From Octopus sinensis (Eukaryota): a DNA stretch of 12,680 nt. Positions 1-8,479 of this stretch are shown piece by piece (the stretch's first letter is position 1; each line of letters begins with the position of its first letter). The stretch lies in NCBI RefSeq assembly GCF_006345805.1, contig NW_021826528.1, positions 1-12,680 of the forward strand. The letters run 5' to 3'. Below the pieces are notes generated by a model, which was not told where the DNA came from, searched no databases, and saw only the letters and a list, made by a program, of their open reading frames with translations. Made by a program: the position numbers and the translations under genes.

Positions 1-59
1 TATTTCACTTTAGTACTTTAAAAGTAATTTATCATTGATATTTTGTTTTTTCTTATGTT

Positions 60-325
60 GTTCTATTTTGTAATTTGTCTGCGTGTTCATGTGTATGTGT
101 GTGTGTATAAACATGCATGTATTTACATATGTGCGTGTGAGTTTGTGCATGTGTGGTTGTGTGTGTGTGTATGCGTGTGTGTGTACGTGTGTGAGTGTAT
201 ACTTTCGTATGCATATTTCTTTAAACGTCATTCGGTGTAGCTATCTTCTGGATAGCTTCAGAAATGTACTTTACACACAAACGCACACATACACACACAC
301 ATATGTACGTATGTATATATATACA
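60..325. repeat. Degenerate (TG)n/(TA)n/(CA)n microsatellite region
   Basis: Imperfect tgtg/tata/caca runs; the ORFs here are C/V/Y/H/T low-complexity. Confidence 0.85.
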
Positions 326-695
326 GGAGTGGCTGTGTGGTAAGTAGCTTGCTAACCAACCACATGGTTCCGGGTTCAGTCCCATTGCGTGGCATCTTGG
401 CAAGTGTCTTCTGCTATAGCCCGGGCCAACCAATGCCTTGTGAGTGGATTTGGTAGACGGAAACTGAAAGAAGCCTGTCGTATAATGTATATATATGTGT
501 GTGTGTTGTCCCCCTAGCATTGCTTGACAACCGATGCTGTGTGTTTACGTCCCTGTCACTTAGCGGTTCGGCAAAAGAGACCGATAGAATAAGTACTGGG
601 CTACAAAGAATAAGTCCCGGGGTCGATTTGCTCGACTAAAGGCGGTGCTCAGCATGGCCGCAGTCAATGACTGAAACAAGTAAAAGAGAGCAAAG
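326..695 (+). mobile_element. Full-length tRNA-derived SINE, family A (head + internal microsatellite + body + AAAAGAG tail)
   Basis: Pol III A-box-like TGGCTGTGTGG at 330-340 and B-box GGTTCAGTCCC at 373-383. Head 326-482, internal TA/TG run ~483-506, body ending gactgaaacaagtaaaagag. Inverted homologues lie at 4331-4817 and 12036-12187. Confidence 0.92.
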
Positions 696-730
<35 letters not shown>

Positions 731-798
731 ATATATATAAATACATACACATATATATATATATTATATACTATATATATATACATACATATACATAC

Positions 799-843
<45 letters not shown>

Positions 844-978
844 ATACATATAAATATACATCCACACTCACACACACACACATACATATATATGTGTGTG
901 TATATTTGTGTGTGTGCGTGTGTGCGTGCGCGTGCGTGCATGTATGTGCATGTGTGTGTTTATATATATATGTATATA
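696..978. repeat. Compound (TA)n/(CA)n/(TG)n microsatellite
   Basis: Directly visible dinucleotide runs. Confidence 0.95.
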
Positions 979-1005
979 CAAATTGAGATAGGGGTTGTAA
1001 ATGCA
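979..1005 (-). repeat. 27-bp repeat module abutting a TA run (copy 1)
   Basis: caaattgagataggggttgtaaatgca is the exact reverse complement of 4584-4610. Confidence 0.85.
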
Positions 1006-1204
1006 ACCCTCCATTGTAATTATCACAATATTAAATTGAAGAACTGTAACATTGAATGTAGAACATATGTATGTTTATTAATTTATATTATTTATATCAT
1101 TATGTATATGTATATTTATACGTGGCATGTGCTCCTGCTGAATTATAAGGGAGATAATATCTTCTAGGTTAAGATAAAGTTGAAGAATTTCCATCAATGA
1201 GTCA

Positions 1205-1985
1205 AAAGCATTTGCATTTTATCTTAACATTTTCTAGGGCGGCATTGACTTCACCGGGGTTGACAGGATCGAGTCTGCAAATATCGTCAGTTGCCGCTGT
1301 GTCTGGAGAGACGGTTAGGCTGGCATCGATTGAAACAGCTCGGTAATGAAGAAGAAGGCTGAAGTGCTCCCTCCAGCGTTCGAGGAAGGAGGTCTCCCTG
1401 GTGATGACGTTGATATTGGTATCCTTCACCCGGGGTGTCTTGAACTGGGGAGCGGTACTGGCTCTGCGGAGCAAGTTATGTATCTGACTGGTGTCGTTGT
1501 TGCTGGCTGCAGGTGCTCAGCTTCTCAGGTATCAGAGATATCGTTGTTGCGAATGCGGTTGAGCAGGTGGCTCTCTTATATGGCTCCGGCGCATGCGCTG
1601 GTACGAATATGTTCTCCATCTCCCGCTAGATCATCCTACAAGGGATTTACTGTCGTTCGAAGCAGCGGCTGCTGGCTGGAAGAGGGCTTGAGGCAGGCTC
1701 CGCACCACATTGACTGACGTGATTGGAGAAAATCTCCAGAAGCTAACGCCACCTTGGAGGATGTAAGGGTGCTGGCACGAGACCACCACTGATGGAGATC
1801 CCTGGTTGACCTGATTGGCTCTGGGATCATTAACTTGGAATGACCCCAGCCTTGTCAAGCAAGGGTATGAAGCCAAGCTAAGTCATGTAATATAAACTTC
1901 TAAAAGTTCCTCGGCGTTGGTAACCATGTCTAGCACCATTCCATCATCCTTTGGCACCGTCAATTCGGCGTAACTCAAAACGACT
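1205..1985 (-). mobile_element. Decayed non-LTR retrotransposon fragment, RTE-like, covering the linker between endonuclease and RT
   Basis: GC-rich island. The minus strand gives VKDTNINVITRETSFLERWREHFSLLL...EVNAALENVK (cf. LINE RWxEHFxxLL and EVxxAIxxLKxxK), plus HQWW and (S)RFEL..WN blocks upstream in other frames, with stops and frameshifts. Confidence 0.8.
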
Positions 1986-2131
1986 TATGTTATATTTAAC
2001 AATGTACGAAGTTTTTTATTGATAGAAAATAGTCAATAGTTAAAAAAGAAAAGCCATACTTGATTTTTTTTCTTATTCTTTTTCATCTTAAGTCGTTAAC
2101 TGTTCAGCAGTAGAGAAGAGAAGAGAAGAGA

Positions 2132-2187
2132 CGGTGCTTCAGCATGGCCGCAGCCAAATGACTGAAACAAATAAAATAATAAAAGAA
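2132..2187 (+). mobile_element. 5'-truncated SINE family A tail
   Basis: cggtgcttcagcatggccgcagccaaatgactgaaacaaataaaa matches 643-685. Confidence 0.85.
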
Positions 2188-2341
2188 TATGTATATATAT
2201 ATATATATATATTCAGCTATATACAATAGTTGAAAGCATTCTGGATTATCTAATGTTTTACATAAATATAATTCTTACTCAATAAAGATCCGTCTAAGCC
2301 TAAATATGCAAATTAAGCAATTCATGACAGCCATAGCCTAC

Positions 2342-2344
<3 letters not shown>

Positions 2345-2431
<87 letters not shown>

Positions 2432-2441
2432 TATAATATAT
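2345..2441. repeat. (TA)n microsatellite
   Basis: Near-perfect TA run of about 95 bp. Confidence 0.95.
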
Positions 2442-2660
2442 AATCAGCAGATATCATCCTGTCGATCGCGGAAAATAGGTGGGGTATGCAGTCAATAAGT
2501 CGTGAGACGCTATGTCGGGACCACCCAACGTTTTTTGTACAACGAAGTCATAAATTGTTGGTATTTACACATACGTAACTTATTACCCCAACTAAAGAAG
2601 TTCTTAGAAATATTGAATTTCTAAATGTCTCAGCGAGACATGAGTGGTGGTGGGGCGATA

Positions 2661-2897
2661 TAGTCGTTGTATACTGTCAACTCAACGTGACAGTGCCGTA
2701 AAGGGAATCACATCACCGCCATTTAGCCCTAGGAAGCATCGACGCTTCCTGTCGGCTTTGACAATATAAGGACAATATAAGAACACAGGAAATGTGTCAA
2801 AGCCGACAGGAAGCGTCAATTCTTCCTAGGGCTAAATAGCAGTGGTGTGATTTGCTTTACGGGACTGTCACGTTGAATTGACAGTATACAACCACTA
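2661..2897. mobile_element. Foldback MITE with 103-bp inverted arms and TA target-site duplication
   Basis: Arms 2661-2763 and 2795-2897 are reverse complements with 10 mismatches by manual alignment. TA at 2659-2660 and 2898-2899. The 31-bp spacer and the left arm end carry a duplicated gacaatataag. Confidence 0.9.
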
Positions 2898-2931
2898 TAA
2901 AGAAGTTCTAATGTTTTTAAAAAAACCTTAC

Positions 2932-3006
2932 TCGTTCCTAATTAATGTTCTAGTTTGCTTTAAAGCCGAGGGGCTAAATCCTGGTCCCTTTAAAGGAAAA
3001 GCAAGA
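2932..3006 (-). CDS. Candidate 75-nt internal exon (phase 2-2), LAFPLKGPGFSPSALKQTRTLIRN, product unknown
   Basis: Acceptor cattctcctcatctcgtaacag, donor GA|gtaagg; only one open frame. No homology recognised. Confidence 0.4.
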
Positions 3007-3088
3007 CTGTTACGAGATGAGGAGAATGATATTATAAAATAGGAGACATTGTTCGAATTCTTTCGACAGAGTTGTCTGTTAACGTCAC

Positions 3089-3156
3089 ATATGGACAAAA
3101 TGGTGATTGTAGACGGGTGACGGATTATAGCAACCACGCTTGACTAAAATTGTTGT
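3089..3156 (-). CDS. Candidate exon (phase 0-2), TTILVKRGCYNPSPVYNHHFVH
   Basis: Acceptor tttgctgtag, weak donor AT|gtgacg; phases compatible with the neighbouring candidates; flanking introns 80 and 82 nt. Confidence 0.22.
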
Positions 3157-3236
3157 CTACAGCAAACTTTACTGAAGAGGTTTTTAGTTTTACAAGTAAA
3201 TAAGGTAGAAAACACTTGGCCAAGGCAACACGTTAC

Positions 3237-3300
3237 TGTTTTGACTCCGAAATCATGTTGCTGCCAAACAAACCGCTTAAATGTGGATTCATGTCTATAC
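3237..3300 (-). CDS. Candidate exon, YRHESTFKRFVWQQHDFGVKT (alternative frame IDMNPHLSGLFGSNMISESK)
   Basis: Long upstream pyrimidine tract, acceptor cacctaag, donor CA|gtaacg. Confidence 0.28.
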
Positions 3301-3714
3301 CTTAGGTGTCAAGTATCCAGGAAATAAAGGAAATTAGAAAAATAACTCGTTTTGTATTGTACGTTGGTAACAAAAGCACTATGAACTATCTATTGAACTC
3401 TAATGCTGTTCAGCGGAGTAATTGTTATATTTTGGCAAAGTGGCAATTGCTAGTTGTACACCCATTTCCCTTCTTTCAAATATTTTTGAATGGTTAGTCT
3501 GCTTGAAAATCTTTGAAAGAAATGAAACGTGAGTATTCACGTTGCTTTCATCATTTTACCAACATATGGAATTAAGAATTCTAACCTAGGTAAAAGTGTT
3601 AAGAGGTGTTTCGTCTATTATATAGATTCTAGGGGTTTTTGCTGGCTTTTTACTTAACCATCCCTGGAAGTATTTCTTTCTACAATGGGTACAAGGGCGG
3701 ATATTTCTATGGAG

Positions 3715-3874
3715 TGAGGAAGTGAACTAATCGCTTACATCTGGTACATATTTTCTCGATCCCGAAAGGATGAAAGGCAAGTCGATCTTGACAGAATTTG
3801 AACTCAGATCGGAAAGCCTGAAGAAGAACCAATAGGCATTTTGTCCGTCATGCAAACAATTCTGCAAATTCGTC
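3715..3874 (-). mobile_element. Diverged SINE family B
   Basis: The reverse complement contains gagttcaaattc...gacttgcctttcatcctttcgggatcgagaaaatatgtacca, homologous to 6841-7071. Confidence 0.85.
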
Positions 3875-4064
3875 AGTTTCGACCTTGAAATAATTTAAGA
3901 TGAAATTATCGTGACAAGTCTGGGAATCGGAATAGTTATGTAAGCAAACAATATACGTTGTTTTCTCTACCAGTCTTGCCACTATGCTACCCTAATAATA
4001 TTATTTTCTATCAGAGTTAGAAAGCCTTTCATTTATAGGGGCGTAAATCACGACCTCGGTGGAA

Positions 4065-4262
4065 GCTCTCTATTGGGTGGGGAACGATGTAATGATATCA
4101 GATGCATCCCACAGTGCTAGGGGCCTCATCAAGTGACGTAATAGGCTTCAAAAGTTATATGATTTGCATTTCACTCCAAGCTAAAAGCTACTGGTTATGG
4201 TATGTTGATAGTAATTCACACGCATTAGTGGTCATTACATCGTTCACAACCCAATAGGGAGC
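4065..4262. mobile_element. Putative MITE with ~32-bp imperfect TIRs
   Basis: 4065-4096 matches the reverse complement of 4231-4262 at 28/32 positions; non-coding interior; no clear TSD. Confidence 0.6.
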
Positions 4263-4330
4263 AGTGCAAAAAGCAGCTGAAATGATTGTTGCGCTAAATA
4301 AAGAGTCTAGTTACACCCCGTCTTCAGTAT

Positions 4331-4608
4331 CTCTTTTACTCTTTTACTCTTTTACTTGTTTCAGTCATTTGACTGTGGTCATGCTGGAGCACCGCCGTTT
4401 AGTCGAGCAAATCGACCCCAGGACTTATTCTTTGTAAACCTAGTACTTATTCTATCGGTCCCTTTCGCTGAACCGCTAAGTTACGGGGACGTAAAGACAC
4501 CAGCATCGGTTCTCAAGCGATGTTGGGGAGGGGGGCAGACACAGACACACAAACATATACACACATAGACATATATATATATATGCATTTACAACCCCTA
4601 TCTCAATT

Positions 4609-4656
<48 letters not shown>

Positions 4657-4817
4657 TACGACGGGCTTCTTTCAGTTTCCGTCTACCAAATGCACTCACA
4701 AGGCTTTGGTCGGCCCGAGGTTATAGTAGAAGACACTTGCCCAAGGTGCCAATCAGTGGGACTGAACTCGGAACCATGTGGTTGGTAAGCAGCAAGCTAC
4801 TTACCACAGAGCCACTC
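4331..4817 (-). mobile_element. Full-length SINE family A with expanded internal microsatellite
   Basis: Tail (ctctttta)x3 from 4331, body to ~4545, CA/TA tract ~4546-4656, tRNA-like head ~4657-4817; inverted homologue of 326-695. Confidence 0.92.
4584..4610 (+). repeat. 27-bp repeat module inside the SINE internal TA tract (copy 2)
   Basis: tgcatttacaacccctatctcaatttg followed by (TA)n; exact inverted copy of 979-1005. Confidence 0.85.
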
Positions 4818-4959
4818 AATCATTTAGAACACATGTATATAATATATATATATATATATATATACATATATATATTTATTATTTATTATATGACAGAACG
4901 CACGCATCCCTTTCTAAGTAAGATTGTTCTTAATATTAAAAATGATGCGCACTCTTAAC

Positions 4960-5112
4960 CTTTCTCTACCCTCTCTTTCTCAGCCTTCATTCTTTGGCTT
5001 TCCTTTTCTTCTACCTTACTGTCTCTCCCTCTCTTTCTCATTCTTCATTCTTTTCTCTACAACCATTCCCCCTTTTTTCCCTCCCTTTCTCTTACTCCTC
5101 CTCCTCCCTCCC
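4960..5112. repeat. Polypyrimidine low-complexity tract
   Basis: Strongly C/T-biased on the + strand. Confidence 0.8.
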
Positions 5113-5450
5113 GTCGCGGTCACGTGATGAGATGGCTATTTCTGTCTTTCTTCTCCTGGACTCCGTCAAGTAGAGACGGTAATCTGTTCTCTCTGCCCTC
5201 CGCAAAAAAATCTCAAATTTTATTTAATTTGATTTTCGCGGGAAGGAAAATTTCATCGAAGTCATGTATCGCCTTGACCTTCGAAACGTGGAGTAGATGA
5301 AATTAAGGCGACTGAAGAAGAGGAATTTTCCTTGTTTTGTATGTCCTGTACTCTATTTTTTCGTTGTGTTCGACGTTTTTTTGGTGTCCTGTACCCATAT
5401 ATGCATGTATATATACATGTAGAGGATGGTAGGTACGTATATGTATGTAT
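5113..5450 (+). mobile_element. Putative Penelope-like terminal-repeat fragment with a decayed hammerhead
   Basis: Hammerhead-like fold at 5249-5304, then a T-rich 3' segment running into TA/TATG repeats. Boundaries approximate. Confidence 0.45.
5249..5304 (+). ncRNA. Decayed type I hammerhead ribozyme (CUGANGA core lost)
   Basis: Stem I aatttcatc/gatgaaatt (9 bp), stem II gaag-tca/tgaccttc, GAAAC at 5283-5287, GUA triplet at 5293-5295; no CUGANGA between stems I and II. Confidence 0.5.
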
Positions 5451-5680
5451 ATATGCATATGTTTTATTTATTTATTAATCTATATATATACATTGTCTAA
5501 TTGTTTACCTTTCCTCACTACTTTAACCTATACTTACTGACTCAAAGAGATATCACTTCAAGCCAATCACGCAATTACAACTTCAACAGTTGTTCTAACT
5601 GTAATTTTGGTGGCACACCTAGTCGTACACTCAGGACGCATACCTATTAGTTTGAGTCCTCCTGACTAAAACTTCTCATA

Positions 5681-5712
<32 letters not shown>

Positions 5713-5716
<4 letters not shown>

Positions 5717-5870
5717 TAAAAAAATGGAGTTAACGCAGGTGTAATCAAATATTTTTTACTTTCGACACATGTTTCGAAAATTCCACTGATACTATTCAAA
5801 AGAATAAATGGTATAACCAATGCAATCTTCTCCTCAGGAAAGTGAAAAAAACGAAACTCGTCAATAATAA
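5713..5870 (-). mobile_element. Putative Penelope-like/retrozyme 3' terminal module ending in (TA)n
   Basis: Contains an intact hammerhead; the minus-strand 3' end ...ttttttattca joins the TA run at ~5683-5712. Confidence 0.65.
5758..5843 (-). ncRNA. Type I hammerhead ribozyme with intact core
   Basis: RNA: ACUUUC-CUGAGGA-[55-nt stem II closed by G-C]-GAAAC-AUGU-GUC^GAAAGU. 6-bp perfect stem I, all core nucleotides consensus, self-complementary stem III CAUGUG. Predicted cleavage between 5764 and 5763. Confidence 0.85.
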
Positions 5871-5954
5871 GACATTATAGCAGAAAAATTTTGGCTGCCC
5901 TGGTAACTATTTATTTATTTTTTCCGTGTTAATTGTTAACAAGGTAAAAAACAC

Positions 5955-6015
<61 letters not shown>

Positions 6016-6038
6016 ATATATATATATATATTATTATC

Positions 6039-6070
<32 letters not shown>

Positions 6071-6180
6071 TATAATATATATATATATATATATACATAT
6101 GTATGTAGGTGTATGTATGTATGTATGTATGTATGTATGTATTGTGTGTGTGTATGTGTGTATGTATGTATGTGTGTATA
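5955..6180. repeat. Compound (CT)n-(TA)n-(TATG)n microsatellite
   Basis: Directly visible. Confidence 0.95.
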
Positions 6181-6683
6181 TTTGGGGAAAGAAACCAACT
6201 GCATGTTTCTGTGTAGAGGAGATTTCATAAAACTCGTATACTGTTGCTCAAACATGGTCAAATTTACATTACAGGATAATTTATATCTTATCTCTATATA
6301 TGTTAAGTTGTGTGAACTTATTCTATACATATTTTATTGTGGCTGTTCTGTATTTATTACTAAGGAGTGAGAAGTAAAGCTTATCGCCATTGAATAAAAA
6401 GAATAACTATTAAAAAAATGAAAATACATTACGACAAAACTGTAACATAAAATGGTGGATGGGGGAAAGAGTGTAATCACAAAAATTCGTTCGACAAAAG
6501 TGATCCACAGGCGCCATATTGGTCATGCTCACACATACACATGAACTCATGCTCACACATACACACATATACACACTAATACATTGAGATGTGGCTGGAA
6601 TTGGTCTGTTTTCCTGTGTTTCCTATAACATGAAAATATCTACTTAAACCAAATAAGTCATTTGAAAAAACGACCTTCCTCAC

Positions 6684-6783
6684 CAGCTCTGACTTTAGAC
6701 GATACGTAACGATGTCATTACAGGAGCTGCGGCTTAAATTCAGGTCAAAATTGTCAAACAGAAGTATTCTAACCGTGCCCATC
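6684..6783 (-). CDS. Candidate 100-nt exon (phase 2-0), MGTVRILLFDNFDLNLSRSSCNDIVTYRLKSEL
   Basis: Weak acceptor catacag, donor CTG|gtgagg; phase-compatible with the upstream candidates. A mirror + strand exon (6687-6785) is also possible. Confidence 0.28.
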
Positions 6784-6837
6784 CTGTATGCTATGTATAT
6801 CTTAAACACGTTAAATGTATCCTATATTTTTAAATAT

Positions 6838-7071
6838 TAAGGCGGCGAGCTAGCAGAAACGTTAGCACGCCGGGCGAAATGCTTGGCGGTATTTCGTCTG
6901 TCGCTACGTTCTCAGTTCAAATTCCGCCGAGGTCGACTTTGCCTTTCATCCTTTCGGGGTCGATTAAATAAGTACCAGTTACGCACTGGGGTCGATGTAA
7001 TCGACTTAATCCCTTTGTCTGTCCTTGTTTGTCCTCTCTGTGTTTAGCCCCTTGTGGGCAAGAAAGAAACA
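6838..7071 (+). mobile_element. Full-length SINE family B with 15-bp TSD
   Basis: Head ggcggcgagctagcagaaacg, B-box agttcaaattcc at 6914-6925, core ctttcatcctttcggggtcgat; TSD tatatttttaaatat at 6823-6837 and 7072-7086. Confidence 0.93.
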
Positions 7072-7131
7072 TATATTTTTAAATATAGTTCCGTATGATT
7101 TAAGGAAAATAAAATTGGCTACTATTTCTAC

Positions 7132-7249
7132 CATATAAGCAAATGCACAAAGTCCTCTTCACATAAGGCATGTTTAACGTCAAAGATAACAGGAGTCCAT
7201 TCAGAATCGTATTTCTTTTGTTGCATAGCCCAGACATGATAGCAAAGAC
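7132..7249 (-). CDS. Candidate exon, RLCYHVWAMQQKKYDSEWTPVIFDVKHALCEEDFVHLLIW
   Basis: Protein-like composition and phases 1-2 fit its neighbours, but the acceptor reads ccacAC rather than AG; donor TG|gtagaa. Confidence 0.22.
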
Positions 7250-7327
7250 GTGTGGAGTGAATATATGATAATAATAATAATAATAATAATAATATATTTA
7301 CGGGACAATTTGACAAGTATGACTTAC

Positions 7328-7370
7328 GAACATAATTGAAGACGGCAGCAGGGTTTAGTCTCCCGGTCAT
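7328..7370 (-). CDS. Candidate 43-nt exon (MTGRLNPAAVFNYV or HDRETKPCCRLQLCS)
   Basis: Strong sites: tttcttatttag acceptor and TC|gtaagt donor. Confidence 0.35.
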
Positions 7371-7852
7371 CTAAATAAGAAATCGATTTGAGTTATTTTG
7401 GAACCTATAATATAAGACACCTATAGGCTGCAAACATGCTCAGTAAGTCAAAAGGAACGATCCCGTTGCCAACCGACTTCATGCCATGGTTTTGATTACT
7501 CGTTGTTGCCAATCCATCTCACGCTTCTAATGCCCTCAAGGAAAACATAAAAGTCACAACTTCTCATTTCTCCTTTCCTTAAAATACGAGAGTTTGTGTG
7601 TGCTAGTGGAACAAACAACTAAAACAAAGAGGGAAAAACAAAAAGAAAAAAACGTACAATATGCCAGTAAAGAATGACGTAGAATATCGTTAAAAGCTAC
7701 CAACCAACCTTACTTCCACAGCTGACAGACTGTTGGCAGTGCCACAAAGGGGATATAAATTTGACAGCCCGAAGAGAAAAAGCACATTAAAACTTATATA
7801 TCGGTTGGAGGAAGAAAAAAATCAATGCTTTCCGCTCTCTTGCTACATTTAC

Positions 7853-7910
7853 GCACCGAAAACGTCAAGAGCCGTTGCCTCCTGACGACTTCAGGAAAAT
7901 GGTTTAGAAA
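7853..7910 (-). CDS. Candidate 58-nt exon, FLNHFPEVVRRQRLLTFSV
   Basis: Acceptor atttctttgcttgtttcag, donor GC|gtaaat; single open frame. The acceptor could instead be a SINE-tail remnant. Confidence 0.28.
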
Positions 7911-7975
7911 CTGAAACAAGCAAAGAAATCGCCGTTAAAAGGCAGATAAGTGGAATAGTTTTGTCATTCTTTTGT

Positions 7976-8131
7976 CTACTACTACTACCGCTGCTGCTGC
8001 TACTACTACTACCGCTGCTGCTGCTACTACTACATCTACTACTACTACATCTACTACTACATCTACTACTACTACTACTGCTGCTGCTGCTACTGCTATT
8101 ACTACTACTACTACTACTACCACCACTACTA

Positions 8132-8202
<71 letters not shown>

Positions 8203-8223
8203 TTGCCGCCGCTGCTGTTGCTG
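7976..8223. repeat. Compound (CTA)n/(CTG)n trinucleotide microsatellite
   Basis: Source of the poly-T/L/S/V/Y ORFs; contains an exact 24-bp tandem duplication (7976-7999 = 8000-8023). Confidence 0.95.
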
Positions 8224-8447
8224 CTATACATTTTATAAAGCAAGAATAAAAGAAAAAGAAATTTGATTCACTTTGAGACAAAATTCATTCCTATAAATAA
8301 AAATTCCATTAACGCCAAAAATGGAAAAAAAAAACACAAACAAAATAAACTGAGTAGATTAGCGATCGCAGCAACCGTTGAGAAATGTGTTCATTCGTAG
8401 AACAAATACAACCATGAATATATGTGTGTGCATGAGCATGGCGTATG

Positions 8448-8479
<32 letters not shown>

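Noticed and set aside
326-400. tRNA genes at the SINE heads
   Set aside because: A/B boxes are present but there is no complete cloverleaf, and the heads continue into SINE bodies.
10-1167. ORFs rich in Y/I/H/T/C/V (also at 4520-4958, 6034-6370, 8309-9012 and 11365-12144)
   Set aside because: Translations of TA/CA/TG microsatellites, which lack stop codons.
1346-1717. 123-aa + strand ORF
   Set aside because: Antisense shadow of the GC-rich LINE fragment.
979-4610. 3.6-kb DNA transposon bounded by 27-bp TIRs and TA
   Set aside because: The right-hand repeat sits within an intact SINE whose head lies outside the interval, and there is no transposase inside.
5490-5682. Minus-strand exon ending at a strong donor (TCA|gtaagt)
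   Set aside because: Nearly all frames from the upstream acceptors are closed (only an implausible 18-nt exon stays open); more likely an unidentified repeat end abutting the TA run.
5785-5862. Plus-strand hammerhead overlapping the minus-strand one (CTGATAC...CGAAACTCGTC)
   Set aside because: The core is non-consensus and no stem I can form.
6523-6565. 19-bp tandem duplicate tcatgctcacacatacaca as a CRISPR-like repeat
   Set aside because: Only two low-complexity copies with no unique spacers, in a eukaryotic context.
7882-7888. CTGACGA, and CTGAAGA at 3172, 5312 and 8749, as hammerhead cores
   Set aside because: No properly placed stem II, GAAA, NUH and stem I.
7935-8266. Poly-S/V/L/T/Y ORFs
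   Set aside because: Trinucleotide microsatellite, open in several frames on both strands.
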